In this document: positions 48,780-59,900 of the stretch, in pieces
How the letters are laid out: every line of letters starts with the position of its first letter
Numbering within the stretch: the first letter of the stretch is position 1
Origin: Scyliorhinus canicula
Lineage: Eukaryota
DNA: 64,000 nucleotides
NCBI RefSeq assembly: GCF_902713615.1
Contig: NW_024055491.1
Location: forward strand, 62,001-126,000
Reading direction: 5' to 3'
Translations under genes and position numbers: made by a program
The notes under the pieces: generated by a model
What the model was told of the DNA's origin: nothing
The model's database searches: none
What the model saw: only the letters and a program-made list of their open reading frames with translations

Positions 48780-50880
48780 CTTCCTCCTGGTCCCTTCACT
48801 ATCGTTTAGCTCTCTGCTCTTTTCCATGGCTCTTTGCCCATGTGCGCTGCACTTTCCCCAGTTCTTTCGACTTTTCCCGGTTCCTGGCACTTTCCCCGGG
48901 CTTTTTGAACATTTCGCCAGCACTGTGCGCTTTACCCCGATTCTTATGGCTTATCGCCCACTTTATGGACTTTCGTCCGGCTCTCTGCACTTGCGCCAGC
49001 TCTCTGCCCCTTCCCCCGGCTCTCTGCCCCTCCCCCCGGTTCTCTGCGCCTTCCCCAGGCTCTCTGCACCTTCCCCCGGCTCTCTGCTCCTTCCCCCGGC
49101 CCCCTGCTCCTCCCCCGGCTCTCTGCTCCTTCCCCCGGCTCTCTGTCCCTTCCCCCGGCTCTCTGCTGCTTCCCCGGCTCTTGGCGCCTTCCCCCGGCTC
49201 CCTGCACTTCCCCCGGCTCCTGCACTCCCACTCCCCATCCCCCCCCCCCTCTCTGCACCTTCCCCTTGCTCCCTCCACTTCCTTCCAGCTCTCTGTCCTT
49301 TTCTACAGCTCTCTGTGTGTTCCGCTGCATCTCTGCCCATTCCCCTGCATCTCTGCCCATTCCACTGCATCTCCACCCATTCTCCTTCATCTCTGCCCAT
49401 TCCCCTTCATCTCTGCCCTTTCCCCTTCATCTCTGCCCTTTCCCTTGCACCCCTGCCCTTTCCCCTGCATCTCTGCCCTTTCCCCTGCATCTCTGCCCTT
49501 TCCACTGCATCTCTGGCCTTTCCCCTGCATCTCTGCCCTTTCCCCTGCATCTCTGCCCTTTCCACTGCATCTCTGGCCTTTCCCCTGCATCTCTGCCCAT
49601 TCCCCTGCATCTCTGTGCTTTCCTCCCAACTCTGCCTTTTCGCCGTCTCTCGGCTCCTTCCCCCGGCTCTCCGCACTTTTCCCCGGCTCTCGGCTCCTTC
49701 CCCCGGCTTTCTACACCTTCCCCCGGCTCTCTGCACCTTCCCCCGGCTCTCTGCCCCTTCCCCCGGCTCCCTGCCCCTCCCCTCGGTTCTCTGCGCCTTC
49801 CCCAGGCTCTCTGCTCCTTCCCCCGGCTCTCTGCTCATCACCCGGCTCTCTGCTCCTTCCCCCGGCTCTCTGTCCCTTTCCCCGGCTCTCTGCTGCTTCC
49901 CCGGCTCTTGGCGCCTTCCCCCGGCTCCCTGCACTTCCCCCGGCTCCTGCACTCCCACTCCCGCCCCCCCCCCCCCCCCGCTCTCTGCACCTTTCCCTTC
50001 CTCCCTCCACTTCCTTCCAGCTCTCTGTCCTTTTCTACAGCTCTCTGTGTGTCCCGCTGCACCTCTGCCCATTCCCCTGCATCTCTGCCCATTCCACTGC
50101 ATCTCTGCCCATTCTCCTTCATCTCTGCCCTTTCCCCTTCATCTCTGCCCTTTCCCTTGCATCTCTGCCCTTTCCCCTGCATCTCTGCCCTTTCCCCTGC
50201 ATCTCTGCCCTTTCCCCTGCATCTCTGCCCTTTCCACTGCATCTCTGGCCTTTCTCCTGCATCTCTGGCCTTTCCCCTGCATCTCTGTGCTTTCCTCCCA
50301 ACTCTGCCTTTTCGCCGTCTCTCGACTCTTTCCCCCGGCTCTCCGCACTTTTCCCCGTCTCTCGGCTCCTTCCCCCGGCTTTCTGCACCTTCCCCGGCTC
50401 TCTGCACCTTCCCCCGGCTCTCTGCACCTTCCCCCGGCTCTCTGCCCCTTCCCCCGGCTCTCTGCGCCTTCCCCCGGCTCCCTGCCCCTTCCCCCGGCTC
50501 TCTGCTCCTTCCCCCGGCTCTCTGCTCCTACCCCCGGCTCTCGGCACCTTCCCCCGGCTCCCTGCCCCTTCCCCCTGCTCTCTGCTCCTTCCCCCGGCTC
50601 TCTGCCCCTTCCCCTGCCTCTCTGCTCCTTCCCCCGGCTCTCTGCCCCTTCCCCCGGCTCTTTGCCCCTTCCCCCGGCTCTCTGCCCCTTCCCCCGGCTC
50701 TCTGCCCCTTCCCCCGGCTCTCTGTCCCTTCCCCCGGCTCTTTGCCCCTTCCACCGGCTCTCTGTCCCTTCCCGCGGCTCTCTGCCCCTTCCCCCAGCTC
50801 TCTGCCCCTTCCCCCGGCTCTTTGCCCCTTCCCCCGGCTCTCTGCCCCTTCCCCCGGCTCTCTGTTCCTTCCTCCGGCTC
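48780..50880. repeat. About 20-bp repeats, pyrimidine-rich on plus and G-rich on the IgM sense strand, with an internal duplication of about 730 bp
   Basis: Units ggctctctgccccttccccc and tctctgccctttcccctgca; marker ttctacagctctctgtgtgt at 49301 and 50033. Confidence 0.93.
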
Positions 50881-50999
50881 ACGGCAATCCCGTGTCATGC
50901 AGCCACATTCGGGCGCCACTGGACATCAGTTTCGCTCCAGTTCTCTATTCCTCCCCCGTTGCAGTCGCTCCCTTGCCCATTTCCTGAGCATCAGAGAGA

Positions 51000-53900
51000 G
51001 AGGATGAGTGAGTAACTGAGTGAGGGTCGGAGAGTGAGTGTGTGTGAGTGAGTAACCGAGTGAGGGTAGGAGTGTGAGTGCGGGTGAGTGAGTAACTGAG
51101 TGAGGGTAGGAGAGTGAGTGCGGGTGAGTGAGTATCTGAGTGAGGATAGGGGAGTGAGTGCGAGTGTGTGAGTAACTGAGTGAGGGTAGGAGAGTGAGTG
51201 CAGGTGAGTGAGTAACTGAGTAAGGATAGGAGAGTGAGTGTGGGTGAGTGAGTGACTGAGTGAGGGTAGAAGAGTGAGTGCGGGTGAGTGAGTAACTGAG
51301 TGAGGGTAGGGGAGTGAGTGTGGGTGAGTAACTGTGTGAGGATAGGAGAGTGAGTGTGGGCTGTGAGTAACTGAGTGAGGGTAGGAGAGTGAGTGCGGGT
51401 GAGTGAGTAACTGAGTGAGGGTAGGAGAGTGAGTGTGGGTGAGTGAGTAACTGAGTGAGGGTAGGAGAGTGAGTGTGGGTGAGTGAGTAACTGAGTGAGG
51501 GTAGGAGAGTGAGTGTGGGTGAGTGAGTAACTGAGTGAGGGTAGGAGAGTGAGTGCGGGTGAGTGACTAACTGAGTGAGGGTAGGAGAGTGAGTGCGGGT
51601 GAGTGAGTAACTGAGTGAGGGTAGGAGAGTGAGTGTGTGTGAGTGAGTTGGCTGATTGAGGATGTATGAGTGTTAATGAGTGGCAGATCAGGGTGAATGA
51701 CTGAGTGAGGGTAAATGGGTGAGGCTGTGTCACCGAGCACGAATGAGCCAGGATGGGTGAGGGAGAGTGAGTGAGATGCAGGAATGAGTGCCGCTGGGTG
51801 AGTGAGGTTGTGTAGTTAGAGTCAATGAAGATGAGTGAGCGAGGGTGGGTGAGTCAGGGGGTCGGTGAGTGAGTGAGCTTGGGTGAGTCGGGGGTCGACT
51901 GCTGGTGAGTGAATGTAGTGGGTGAATGAATGAGGGGGAGTCAGTGACCGTGGGCGAGTGAGGGTGAATGAGTGAGGATGGTTGAGGGAGGATGTATGAG
52001 TGAGTGCGGGTCAGTGAGGATGTAAGTGTGGCTCAGTGAGTGAGGTGCATCATTGAGAATTAGTGGGTGTGCGAGGATGAGTGAGGATGTGTGAGTGGCA
52101 GAGAATGAGTGTGGGTGGTGCGCGAGGGTGGGTGTGTGATGGTGGATGAGTGAGTGAGGGTGAGTGAGGGGATGGGTGTGGGTAAATGAGGGTGTGTGAG
52201 GATGGGTGGGTGAGTGAGGGTGAGTGATAGTGGGTGACAGAGGGTGGGTGCATCTGGTTAGGGTGGCTCAATAAGGGTGTATGAGGGAATGTGAATGAGT
52301 GAGGGTGTGTGAGTGAGGAAGGGTAAGGATCTGTGAGTGAAGGTGTGTGAAAGAGGGTGGGTGCGAGTCTTTGTGAGGGTGAATGAGTGAGGCTGGGTGA
52401 GTGAGTATGAATGAGTCATTGTGGATGTGTGAGGGAAGATTCGAGAGCGATGGTGGATTGGAGGGTGAGTGTGGGCGAGTTAGGGTGGGTGGTGGTATTT
52501 GAGTGAGGGGGAGAGTGAATGTGTCAGTGAGGGTGGGTTACTGATTGAGGGTGCGTGAGGGTGGGTGTGTGAGTGTGGGTGAGTGAATAAGCGTGCGTGA
52601 GGGTGGGTGTGTGAGGGTGGGTGAGTGAATAAGTGTGCGTGAGGGTGGGTGTGTGAGGGTGGGTGAGTGAATAAGCATGCGTGAGGGTGGGTGTGTGAGG
52701 GTGGGGGAGTGAGGGTGTGTGAGTGAGGGTGGGGGAGTGAGTGTGGGGGGGGGGGGGTGACTGAGTGAGGGTGAGAGCCTGAAGGAGAGTGGGTGAGGAT
52801 GAGTCAGGATGGGCGTTGGTTTGAGGATGAGTGGGTGAGAGTGTGTGAGTGAGGGTGAACGAGTTAGGTTGGGCCTGAAAGGGTGAGTCAATCAGGGCGA
52901 GTGGTGGTGAATGAGGATGGGTGACTGTGTGTGTGAGGGTGAGGGAGTGAAAGTGTGTCAGGGTTTGTGGCTGAGTGAGAGTGTGTCAGGGAGGGTGTGT
53001 GAGTGAAAGTGTGTCAGGGTGGGTGGGTGAGAGTGTGTCAGGGAGGGTGGGTGAGTGAGTGTGTGTCAGGGAGGGAGGGTCAGTGAGTGTGTCAGGGAGG
53101 GTGGGTGAGTTAGGGTCTGTCAGGGAGGATGGGTGAGTGAGTGTGTCAGGGAGGGTGGGTCAGTGAGTGTGTGTCAGGGATGGTGGGTGAGTGTGTGTGT
53201 GTCAGGGAGGGTGGGTGAGTGAGAGTGTGCCAGGGAGGGTGGGTGAGTGTGTGTGTGTCAGGGAGTGTGGGTGAGTGAGAGTGTGTCAGGGAGGGTGGGT
53301 GGGTGAGAGTGTGTCAGGGAGGGTGGGTCAGAGTGTGTGTGTCAGGGAGGGTGGGAGAGTGAGAGTGTGCCAGGGAGGGTGGGTGAGTGTGTGTGTGTCA
53401 GGGAGGGTGGGCGAGTGAGAGTGTGCCAGGGAGGGTGGGTGAGTGTGTGTGTCAGGGAGAGTGGGCGAGTGAGAGTGTGCCAGGGAGGGTGGGTGAGTGA
53501 GAATGTGTCAGGGAGGGTGGATGAGTGGGTGTGTCAGAGAGGGTGGGTGAGTGAGAGTGTGTCAGGGAGGGTGTGTCAGAGTGTGTGTGTCAGGGAGGGT
53601 GGGTGAGTGAGAGTGTGTCAGGGAGGGTGGAAGAGTGTGTGTGTGTCAGAGAGGGTGGGTGAGTGAGAGTGTGTCAGGGAGGATGGGTCAGAGTGTGTGT
53701 GTCAGGGAGGGTGGGTGAGTGTGTGTGTCAGGGAGTGTGGGTGAGTGGGAGTGTGTCAGGCTGGGTGGGCGTGTGAGAGTGTGTCGGATTGAGCGTGTAT
53801 CAGGGAGGGTGGGTCAGTGAGAGTGTGTCAGGGAGGGTGGGAGAGAGTGTGTGTGTCATTGAGGGGGTGGGTGTGTGAGAGTGTGTCACGTGGGTGTGAG

Positions 53901-55990
53901 AGTGTGTCGGGAGAGTGAAAGTGTGTCAGGGGGTGGGTGAGTGAGAGTGTGTTAGGGAGGGTGGGTGAGTGAGAATGTGTCAGGGAGGGTGGATGAGTGA
54001 GAGTGTGTCAGGGAGGGTGGATGAGTGAGAGTGTGTCAGGTAGGGTGGGTGTGTGAGAGTTTCAGGGAGGGTGGGTGTGTGAGAGTTTCAGGGAGGGTGG
54101 ATGAGAGTGTGTGTGTCAGGGATGGGGTGGGTGTGTGAGAGGGCGTCACGGGGGGGGTGAGAGTGTGTCAGCAGAGTGGGTGAGGGAAAGTGTGTCAGGG
54201 AGGGTGTGTGAGTGACTGTGTGTCAGGGAGGGTGGGTGATTGAAAGTGTGTCGGGGAGCGTGTGTGAGTGAGTGTCTGTCAGGGAGGATGGGGGGTGGTG
54301 AGTGTGTGTCAGGGAATGTGGGTCAGTGAGTGTGTGGCAGGGAGGGTGGGTGAGTGAGAGTGTGTCAGGGAGGGTGGGTGAGAGAGAGTTTGTCAGGGTG
54401 GGTGGGTGAGTGAGAGTGAGTGAGGGAGGGTGGGTGAGTGAGAGTGTGTCAGGGAGGCTGGGTGAGCGAGTGAGTGAGGGAGGGTGGGTGAGTGAGAGTG
54501 TGTCAGGGAGGGTGGGTGAGTGAGAGTGCGTCAGGGAGGCTGGGTGAGTGTGTATGGGTGGGTGAGTGAGAGTGTGTCAGGTAGGGTGGATGAGAGAGTG
54601 AGTGAGGGAGGGTGGGTGAGTCTGTGTGTCAGGGATGGTGGGTGAGAGAGAGTGTGTCAGGGAGGCTGGGTGAGTGTGTCTGGGTGGGTGAGAGAGAGTG
54701 TGTCAGGTAGGGTGGGTGAGAGAGTGAGTGAGGGAGGGTGGGTGAGTCTGTGTGTGTCAGGAAGGGTGGGTGAGTGAGAGTGCGTCAGGGAGGCTGGGTG
54801 AGTGTGTCTGGGTGGGTGAGTGAGAGTGTGTCAGGTAGGGTGGGTGAGAGAGTGAGTGAGGGAGGGTGGGTGAGTCTGTGTGTGTCAGGAAGGGTGGGTG
54901 AGTGAGAGTATGTCAGTGAGGGTAAGTGAGTGAAAATGTGTCAGGGAGGGTGGGTGAATGAGTGTCTGTCAGGGAGTGTGGGGGTGAGTGTGTGTCAGGG
55001 AGGGTGGGGGTGTGTGTGCGTCAGAGAGGGAGGGTGAGTGAGTGTGTGTAAGGGAGGGTGGATGAGTGAGAGTGTGACAGGGAGGGTGGGTGACTGAGAG
55101 TTTCAGGGAGGGTGGGGGAGTGAAAGAGTATCAGTGAGGGTGGGTGAGTGAGTGAGTGTCAGGGAGAGTGGGTGAGTGTGTGTGTGTCCTGGTTGGTGGG
55201 TGAGAGAGAGTGTGTCAGGGGGGGTGTGTGAGTGTGTGTGTGTCAGGTAGGGTGTGTGAGTGAGGGTGCATGAGTGAGAGTGGATCAGGGAGGTGTGTCA
55301 GTGAGGGTGGGTGAGTGAGTGTGTGTCAGGGTGGGTGGGTGAGTGTGTGTCAGGGAGGGTGGGTGAGTGAGCCTGTGTCAGGGGGGTGGTGTGTGTCAGG
55401 GAGGGTGGGTGAGTGTGTTTCAGGGAGGGTGGGTGAGTGAGTGTGTCAGGGAGGGTGGGTGTGTGAGAGTGTCAGGGAGGGTGGGTGAGTGTCTGTGTGT
55501 CAGGGAGGGTGGCTGAGTGTCTGTGTGTCAGGGAGGGTGGGTGAGTGAGTGTGTGTCAGGGAGTGTGGGTGAGTGAAAGTGTGTCAGTGAGGGTGGGTGA
55601 GTGAGAATGTGTCAGGGAGGGTGGTTGAGTGAGAGTGTGTCAGGGAGGGTGAGTGAATGTGTGTCAGGGAGGGTGGGTGAGTGTATCACCGAGGGTGGGT
55701 GAGTCAGAGTGTGTCAGGGAGGGTGGGTGAGTCAGAATGTGTCAGGGAGGGTGGGTGAGTGAGAGTGTGTCAGGGAGGGCGAGTGAGTGTGTCAGGGAGG
55801 GTGGGTGAGTGAGAGTGTGTCAGGGTGGGTGGGTGAGTGAGGGTAAGTGAGTGAGGGTGGGTGTGATTGTGGGTGTGAGGGTGGGTGTGAGGGTTGTTAA
55901 GGAAAGATGTATCATCGAGGATAGGTGAATGAGGGTGAATGAGTGATAGTGAGTGAAGACTGGTGAGTGAGGGCGAGTGAGCGTGGATGA
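51000..55990. repeat. About 5-kb G/T-rich (plus strand) satellite complex
   Basis: 40-bp unit gagtgagtaactgagtgagggtaggagagtgagtgcgggt at 51000-51650; roughly 28-bp unit gtgtcagggagggtgggtgagtgagagt at 52950-55830. Confidence 0.93.
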
Positions 55991-56189
55991 GTGAGTGGCC
56001 GCGATGGTCCTTCCCAGGTGCTCCCAGCCCATTAGGACGATGTTCCTCTGGATAAGTTTCCGCTCAGGCTCAGCTTCCTGTTGACTGTTGTCCACAGTCG
56101 AGCTGGGGGCTCTTCCAATCGGCTCCACCACCCCCACCTCCTCCTCTTCCTCTCCATCGATCCTGTCCTGATTCTCCACATTGATCAGC

Positions 56190-56382
56190 TTTCAGTAACA
56201 CCGGCTGTGTACAGTCAGACAGCAGTGTAGATCACTGGGCAGCTGCTTTAATACTTTCAGTAACACCGGCTGTGTACAGTCAGACAGCAGTGTAGATCAC
56301 TGGGCAGCTGCTTTAATACTTTCAGTAACACCGGCTGTGTACAGTCAGACAGCAGTGTAGATCACTGGGCAGCTGCTTTAAT
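56190..56382. repeat. 3 x 65-bp perfect tandem repeat
   Basis: ttcagtaacaccggctgtgtac at 56191, 56256 and 56321. Confidence 0.92.
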
Positions 56383-56519
56383 GCCGATGTAATTTCATTT
56401 TGTACAAAACAATTCGGAACTTCAACAATGAACATTCCTGCAACTTGAGATTTTCATTTTACAAATGGCAATTTCAGGCCGTAAAATTGTTGTCATATTG
56501 TGTCAGAGTGTTTTCTTCA

Positions 56520-57740
56520 TTTTTGTGCTGTAGGAGTCTCTGGCTGGGCCAGCATTTATTTCCCATCCCTCAGTGCCATTGAGATGACGGTGGTGAGCTT
56601 CATTCTTCAACCACTGCCGTCCATGTGGTGTTTGGGAGGCAGCTCCAGAATTTTGAATCATCGACAGTGAAGGAACAATGTGATATCTTGAGGTCACGAT
56701 GGAGAGAGGCTTGATGGAGAAATTCCAGTTGGTGATGTTCCCATGTGTCTGCTGTCCTTGTCCAGATGGTGCTGTTGTGAGTTTGGAAGCTGCTGTCGAA
56801 GGAGCCATGACGAGTTCCTGCAGAGCATGTTGTAGGTGTTACACACTGCTGCCTGTGTTCCTCAGTGGTGGAGGGAGGGAGTGGTTGTCGATGGTGTGCC
56901 AATCACGCGCTACTTTGTCCTGGATGATGTTGAGTTTTTGAGTGTCGTTGGAGCTGTATTCATCCAGGCAAGTGGGGAGCATTCCATCACACTCCTGAAT
57001 GTGCCTTGCAGATGGTGGACGTGATATGGAGATGCCGGCGTTATCTGGGGTGAGCACAGTAAGAAGTCTTACTCAGGTGACTCACCTGATGAAGGAGCTG
57101 CGCTCCGAAAGCAAACAAACCTGTTGGACTTTAACCTGGTGTTGCAGATGGTGGACAGGCTTTGGGGCATCAGGAGTTGTTTTTGTTGCAGATTTCCGAG
57201 TCTCTGACCTCTTGTGACAGCCACACAGTGTATATGACTGGTCCAGTTCAGTTTCTGGTCAATGGTCAGCAGGACATTCAGCGATGGTAATTCCATTGAA
57301 TGGCATGGGGTGATCGTTCGATCTTCGCTTGTTTGAGATGTCCATTGCGTGCACTTGTCTGGTGCGAATGTTACTTTCCCCTTGTCAGCCCAAGCCTGGA
57401 TATAGTCCAGATCTTGCTGCATTTAGCAATGGACTGCTTCAGTAATTACGGAGTCGTGAATGGTGCTGAACATCGTTCAATGATCAGCCAAAATCCCCAT
57501 TTCTGACTTTTGGAAGGTCATTGCTGAAGCAGCTAAAGATGGCGGGGCCGACACTGAGGAACCCCTGCAGTGATGTCCTGGAACTGAGATGATTGATCTC
57601 CAACAATCGAAACCATCTTTCTTTCCACTCGGTATGACTCAAACCAGCGGGGAATTTCCCCCCGATTCCCATAAACTTCAGTTTTGTTCGGGGTCCTTGA
57701 TGCAACACTGGTTCAAATGTTGCCTTGATGTCACGAACAG
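56520..57740 (-). mobile_element. Decayed CR1/L2-type LINE 3' portion
   Basis: Remnants QQDLDYIQAWAD...VTFAPDKC, LTIDQKLNW and QKLNIIQDK. Confidence 0.7.
57021..57141. mobile_element. Internally deleted Penelope-like terminal-repeat fragment with a 15-bp TSD
   Basis: TSD ttgcagatggtggac at 57006-57020 and 57142-57156; shares sequence with 62513-62729; hammerhead core CTGATGA...GAAA. Confidence 0.7.
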
Positions 57741-57749
57741 TCACACTCA

Positions 57750-59510
57750 CCTGTCTGTGCATTCTTGTGTGTGTGTATCCCTGTGTGCGTGTTCCTAGGT
57801 GTTTATGTGTGTGTGTGAGCGTGTGTCTGTCCCTGTGTGTGTGTGTGTGTGTGTCCCTCTGTATCCCCTTGTGCGTGTTACTGTGTGTCTGTGAGTGTGT
57901 GTATCTGTTGCTGTTTGTGTGCTGCTGTGTGTGTGATGAGTGTGTGTGTGCTCCTGAGTATGTGTGTGTGAACATATGTGTGTGTTCCTGTGTGCCCCTA
58001 TGTGTGTGTTCCTGTGTGTGTGAGAGAGACAGAGTACGTGTATGTATGTGAGATAGGTGTTAGAGGGAGAATAAAATAATTTGCAAGGGAGAGTTTCTGT
58101 GTGAGTGTGTGTGAGGGGATGTGTGTGAGAGAGATTTTGTGTGTGAGTGAGAGAGGCAATGTGTGTGAGAGTGTGTAATGGGAAGATTGTGTGCGTGAGT
58201 TCGAGATTGTGTGTGTATATGAGTGTGTGTGAGAGATTAGAGAGCACGTGGGTGTGTACCTCAGACAGTGAGAGAGAGACCACGTGTGTCAGGGAGAGAC
58301 AGAATGTGTGGGCACGTTTGTGTGTTTCTGAGAACATGTGATAGAGTATGCCAAAGAACATAGAACATAGTACAATACAGTGCAGGACAGGCCCTTTGTC
58401 CCACGATGTTGCACCGACATGGGAAGTCAAAAACTAAAGGCCATCTAACCTACACTATGCCATTATCATCCATATGCTTATCCAATAAACTTTTAAATGC
58501 CCTCAACATGTCTGTGTTTGAGTGAAAGAAAGTGTGTTCACGAGGTATGTATGTACCAGTGTGTGTCAGAGAGAGAAATAAGTGCTTGTGTGAGTATGTA
58601 TGTGTTTGTGTATGAGAGTGTGCATGTGCGAAAGAGAGATTGTTTGAGAGAGGCACGTGACACAATGTGCATGAGAGCGAGCAGGTGAGAGAATGTATGT
58701 GTGTGACAGGGTGCGTGTTTGTGTCTGTGGAAGTGTGTGTGAGAGAAAGGGAGAGAGATACAGTAGTATGTTTGAGATTATGTGTGTGAAATAAGGAATG
58801 ATTCTGTTTGAAGAGCGATTATGGATGTGAGACTGTGTGTGGGAGAGAGAGATCTGTGTGTCTGAGATAGTGTGTCTGCCATAGAGAGGGAGTGTGTGAG
58901 AGAAAGAATGTGCGGATGAGAGAGTGTGTGTGTCAGAGAGAGAGAGAATGTGTGAGAATGTGAGATACTGCATGCCTGAAAGAGAGAAATAGTTTGTTTG
59001 TCAACAGAGAGAGAGAGAATGAGACAGTGTCCATGAGAGAGAGAGGGCATGTGCCAGGGTGCACGTTTGAGAGAGCGTGTAAGCGAGAGAGTGAGAGATT
59101 AATAATGTGTTGGTGAGTTTGTGTGCGTCTGAGATATTGTATATGTATATAAGAGGGAATATGTGTGAGAGAGAGCCTGAAAGAAAAAAATGCTACGTTT
59201 GAAGAGCGATTATGCTTGTATGTGAGGGAGAGAGACGGTCTGTGTGTTTGAGAGTGGGTGTGAGAGTGAGGCAAAGTGTGTCAGAGATTTGGTGAAAGAG
59301 AATGCGTGTGAGATAGATCGTGTGTGAGTGAGAGCAGTGAGCGGGAGATCATCACAGTGTGTCTGAGAGTGAGATTGTGAGAGTGTGATTGTGTGTGAGG
59401 CACAGTGTGTATATTTGAAAGAAGGATTGTGATTATGCGCGTGAGAGAATTCGTTTGTGTGAGGATGTAAGAGAAATAGCGAGTGAGAGAGTGAGAGTGT
59501 GTATGTGTTT
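57750..59510. repeat. TG/AG-rich low-complexity tract with a short CR1 3' end (58355-58510, minus)
   Basis: Degenerate (GT)n/(GA)n; the insert matches 291-450. Confidence 0.85.
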
Positions 59511-59714
59511 GTATCGATGTATGGGTGCACCAACACCTGCAAGTTCCCTTCCAAGACACTCACCATCCTGATTTGGAAATATACTGCCAATCCTTCACTG
59601 TCGCCGAGTCAAAATTCTGGACCTCCCTCCCTAGCAATATTGCAGATATACCTCCGCCACATGGACTGCAGCTATTCAAGGATGCTTCACATCAAAACTT
59701 TCCCAAGGACCCTT

Positions 59715-59900
59715 AATGAAATGAAATGAAAATCGCTTATTGTCACGAGTAGGCTTCAATGAAGTTACTGTGAAAAGCCCCTAGTCGCCACATTCCGGCG
59801 CCTGTCCGGGGAGGCTGGTACGGGAATCGAATCGTGCTGCTGGCCTGCTTAGTCTGCTGTAAAAAGCCAGCGATTTAGCCGAGTGAGCTAAACCAGCCCC
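59715..59900 (-). mobile_element. Family-2 SINE inserted in a LINE 3' fragment
   Basis: Near-identical to 12301-12484. Confidence 0.88.

Noticed and set aside
48799-51015. Very long ORFs (729, 721, 573 aa and several minus-strand ones)
   Set aside because: All frames stay open because the pyrimidine/purine repeat lacks stop codons; the products are low-complexity translations of a satellite inside the Ig intron.
50945-59274. His/Thr/Ser- and Val/Cys-rich ORFs
   Set aside because: Translations of TG/AC low-complexity tracts.
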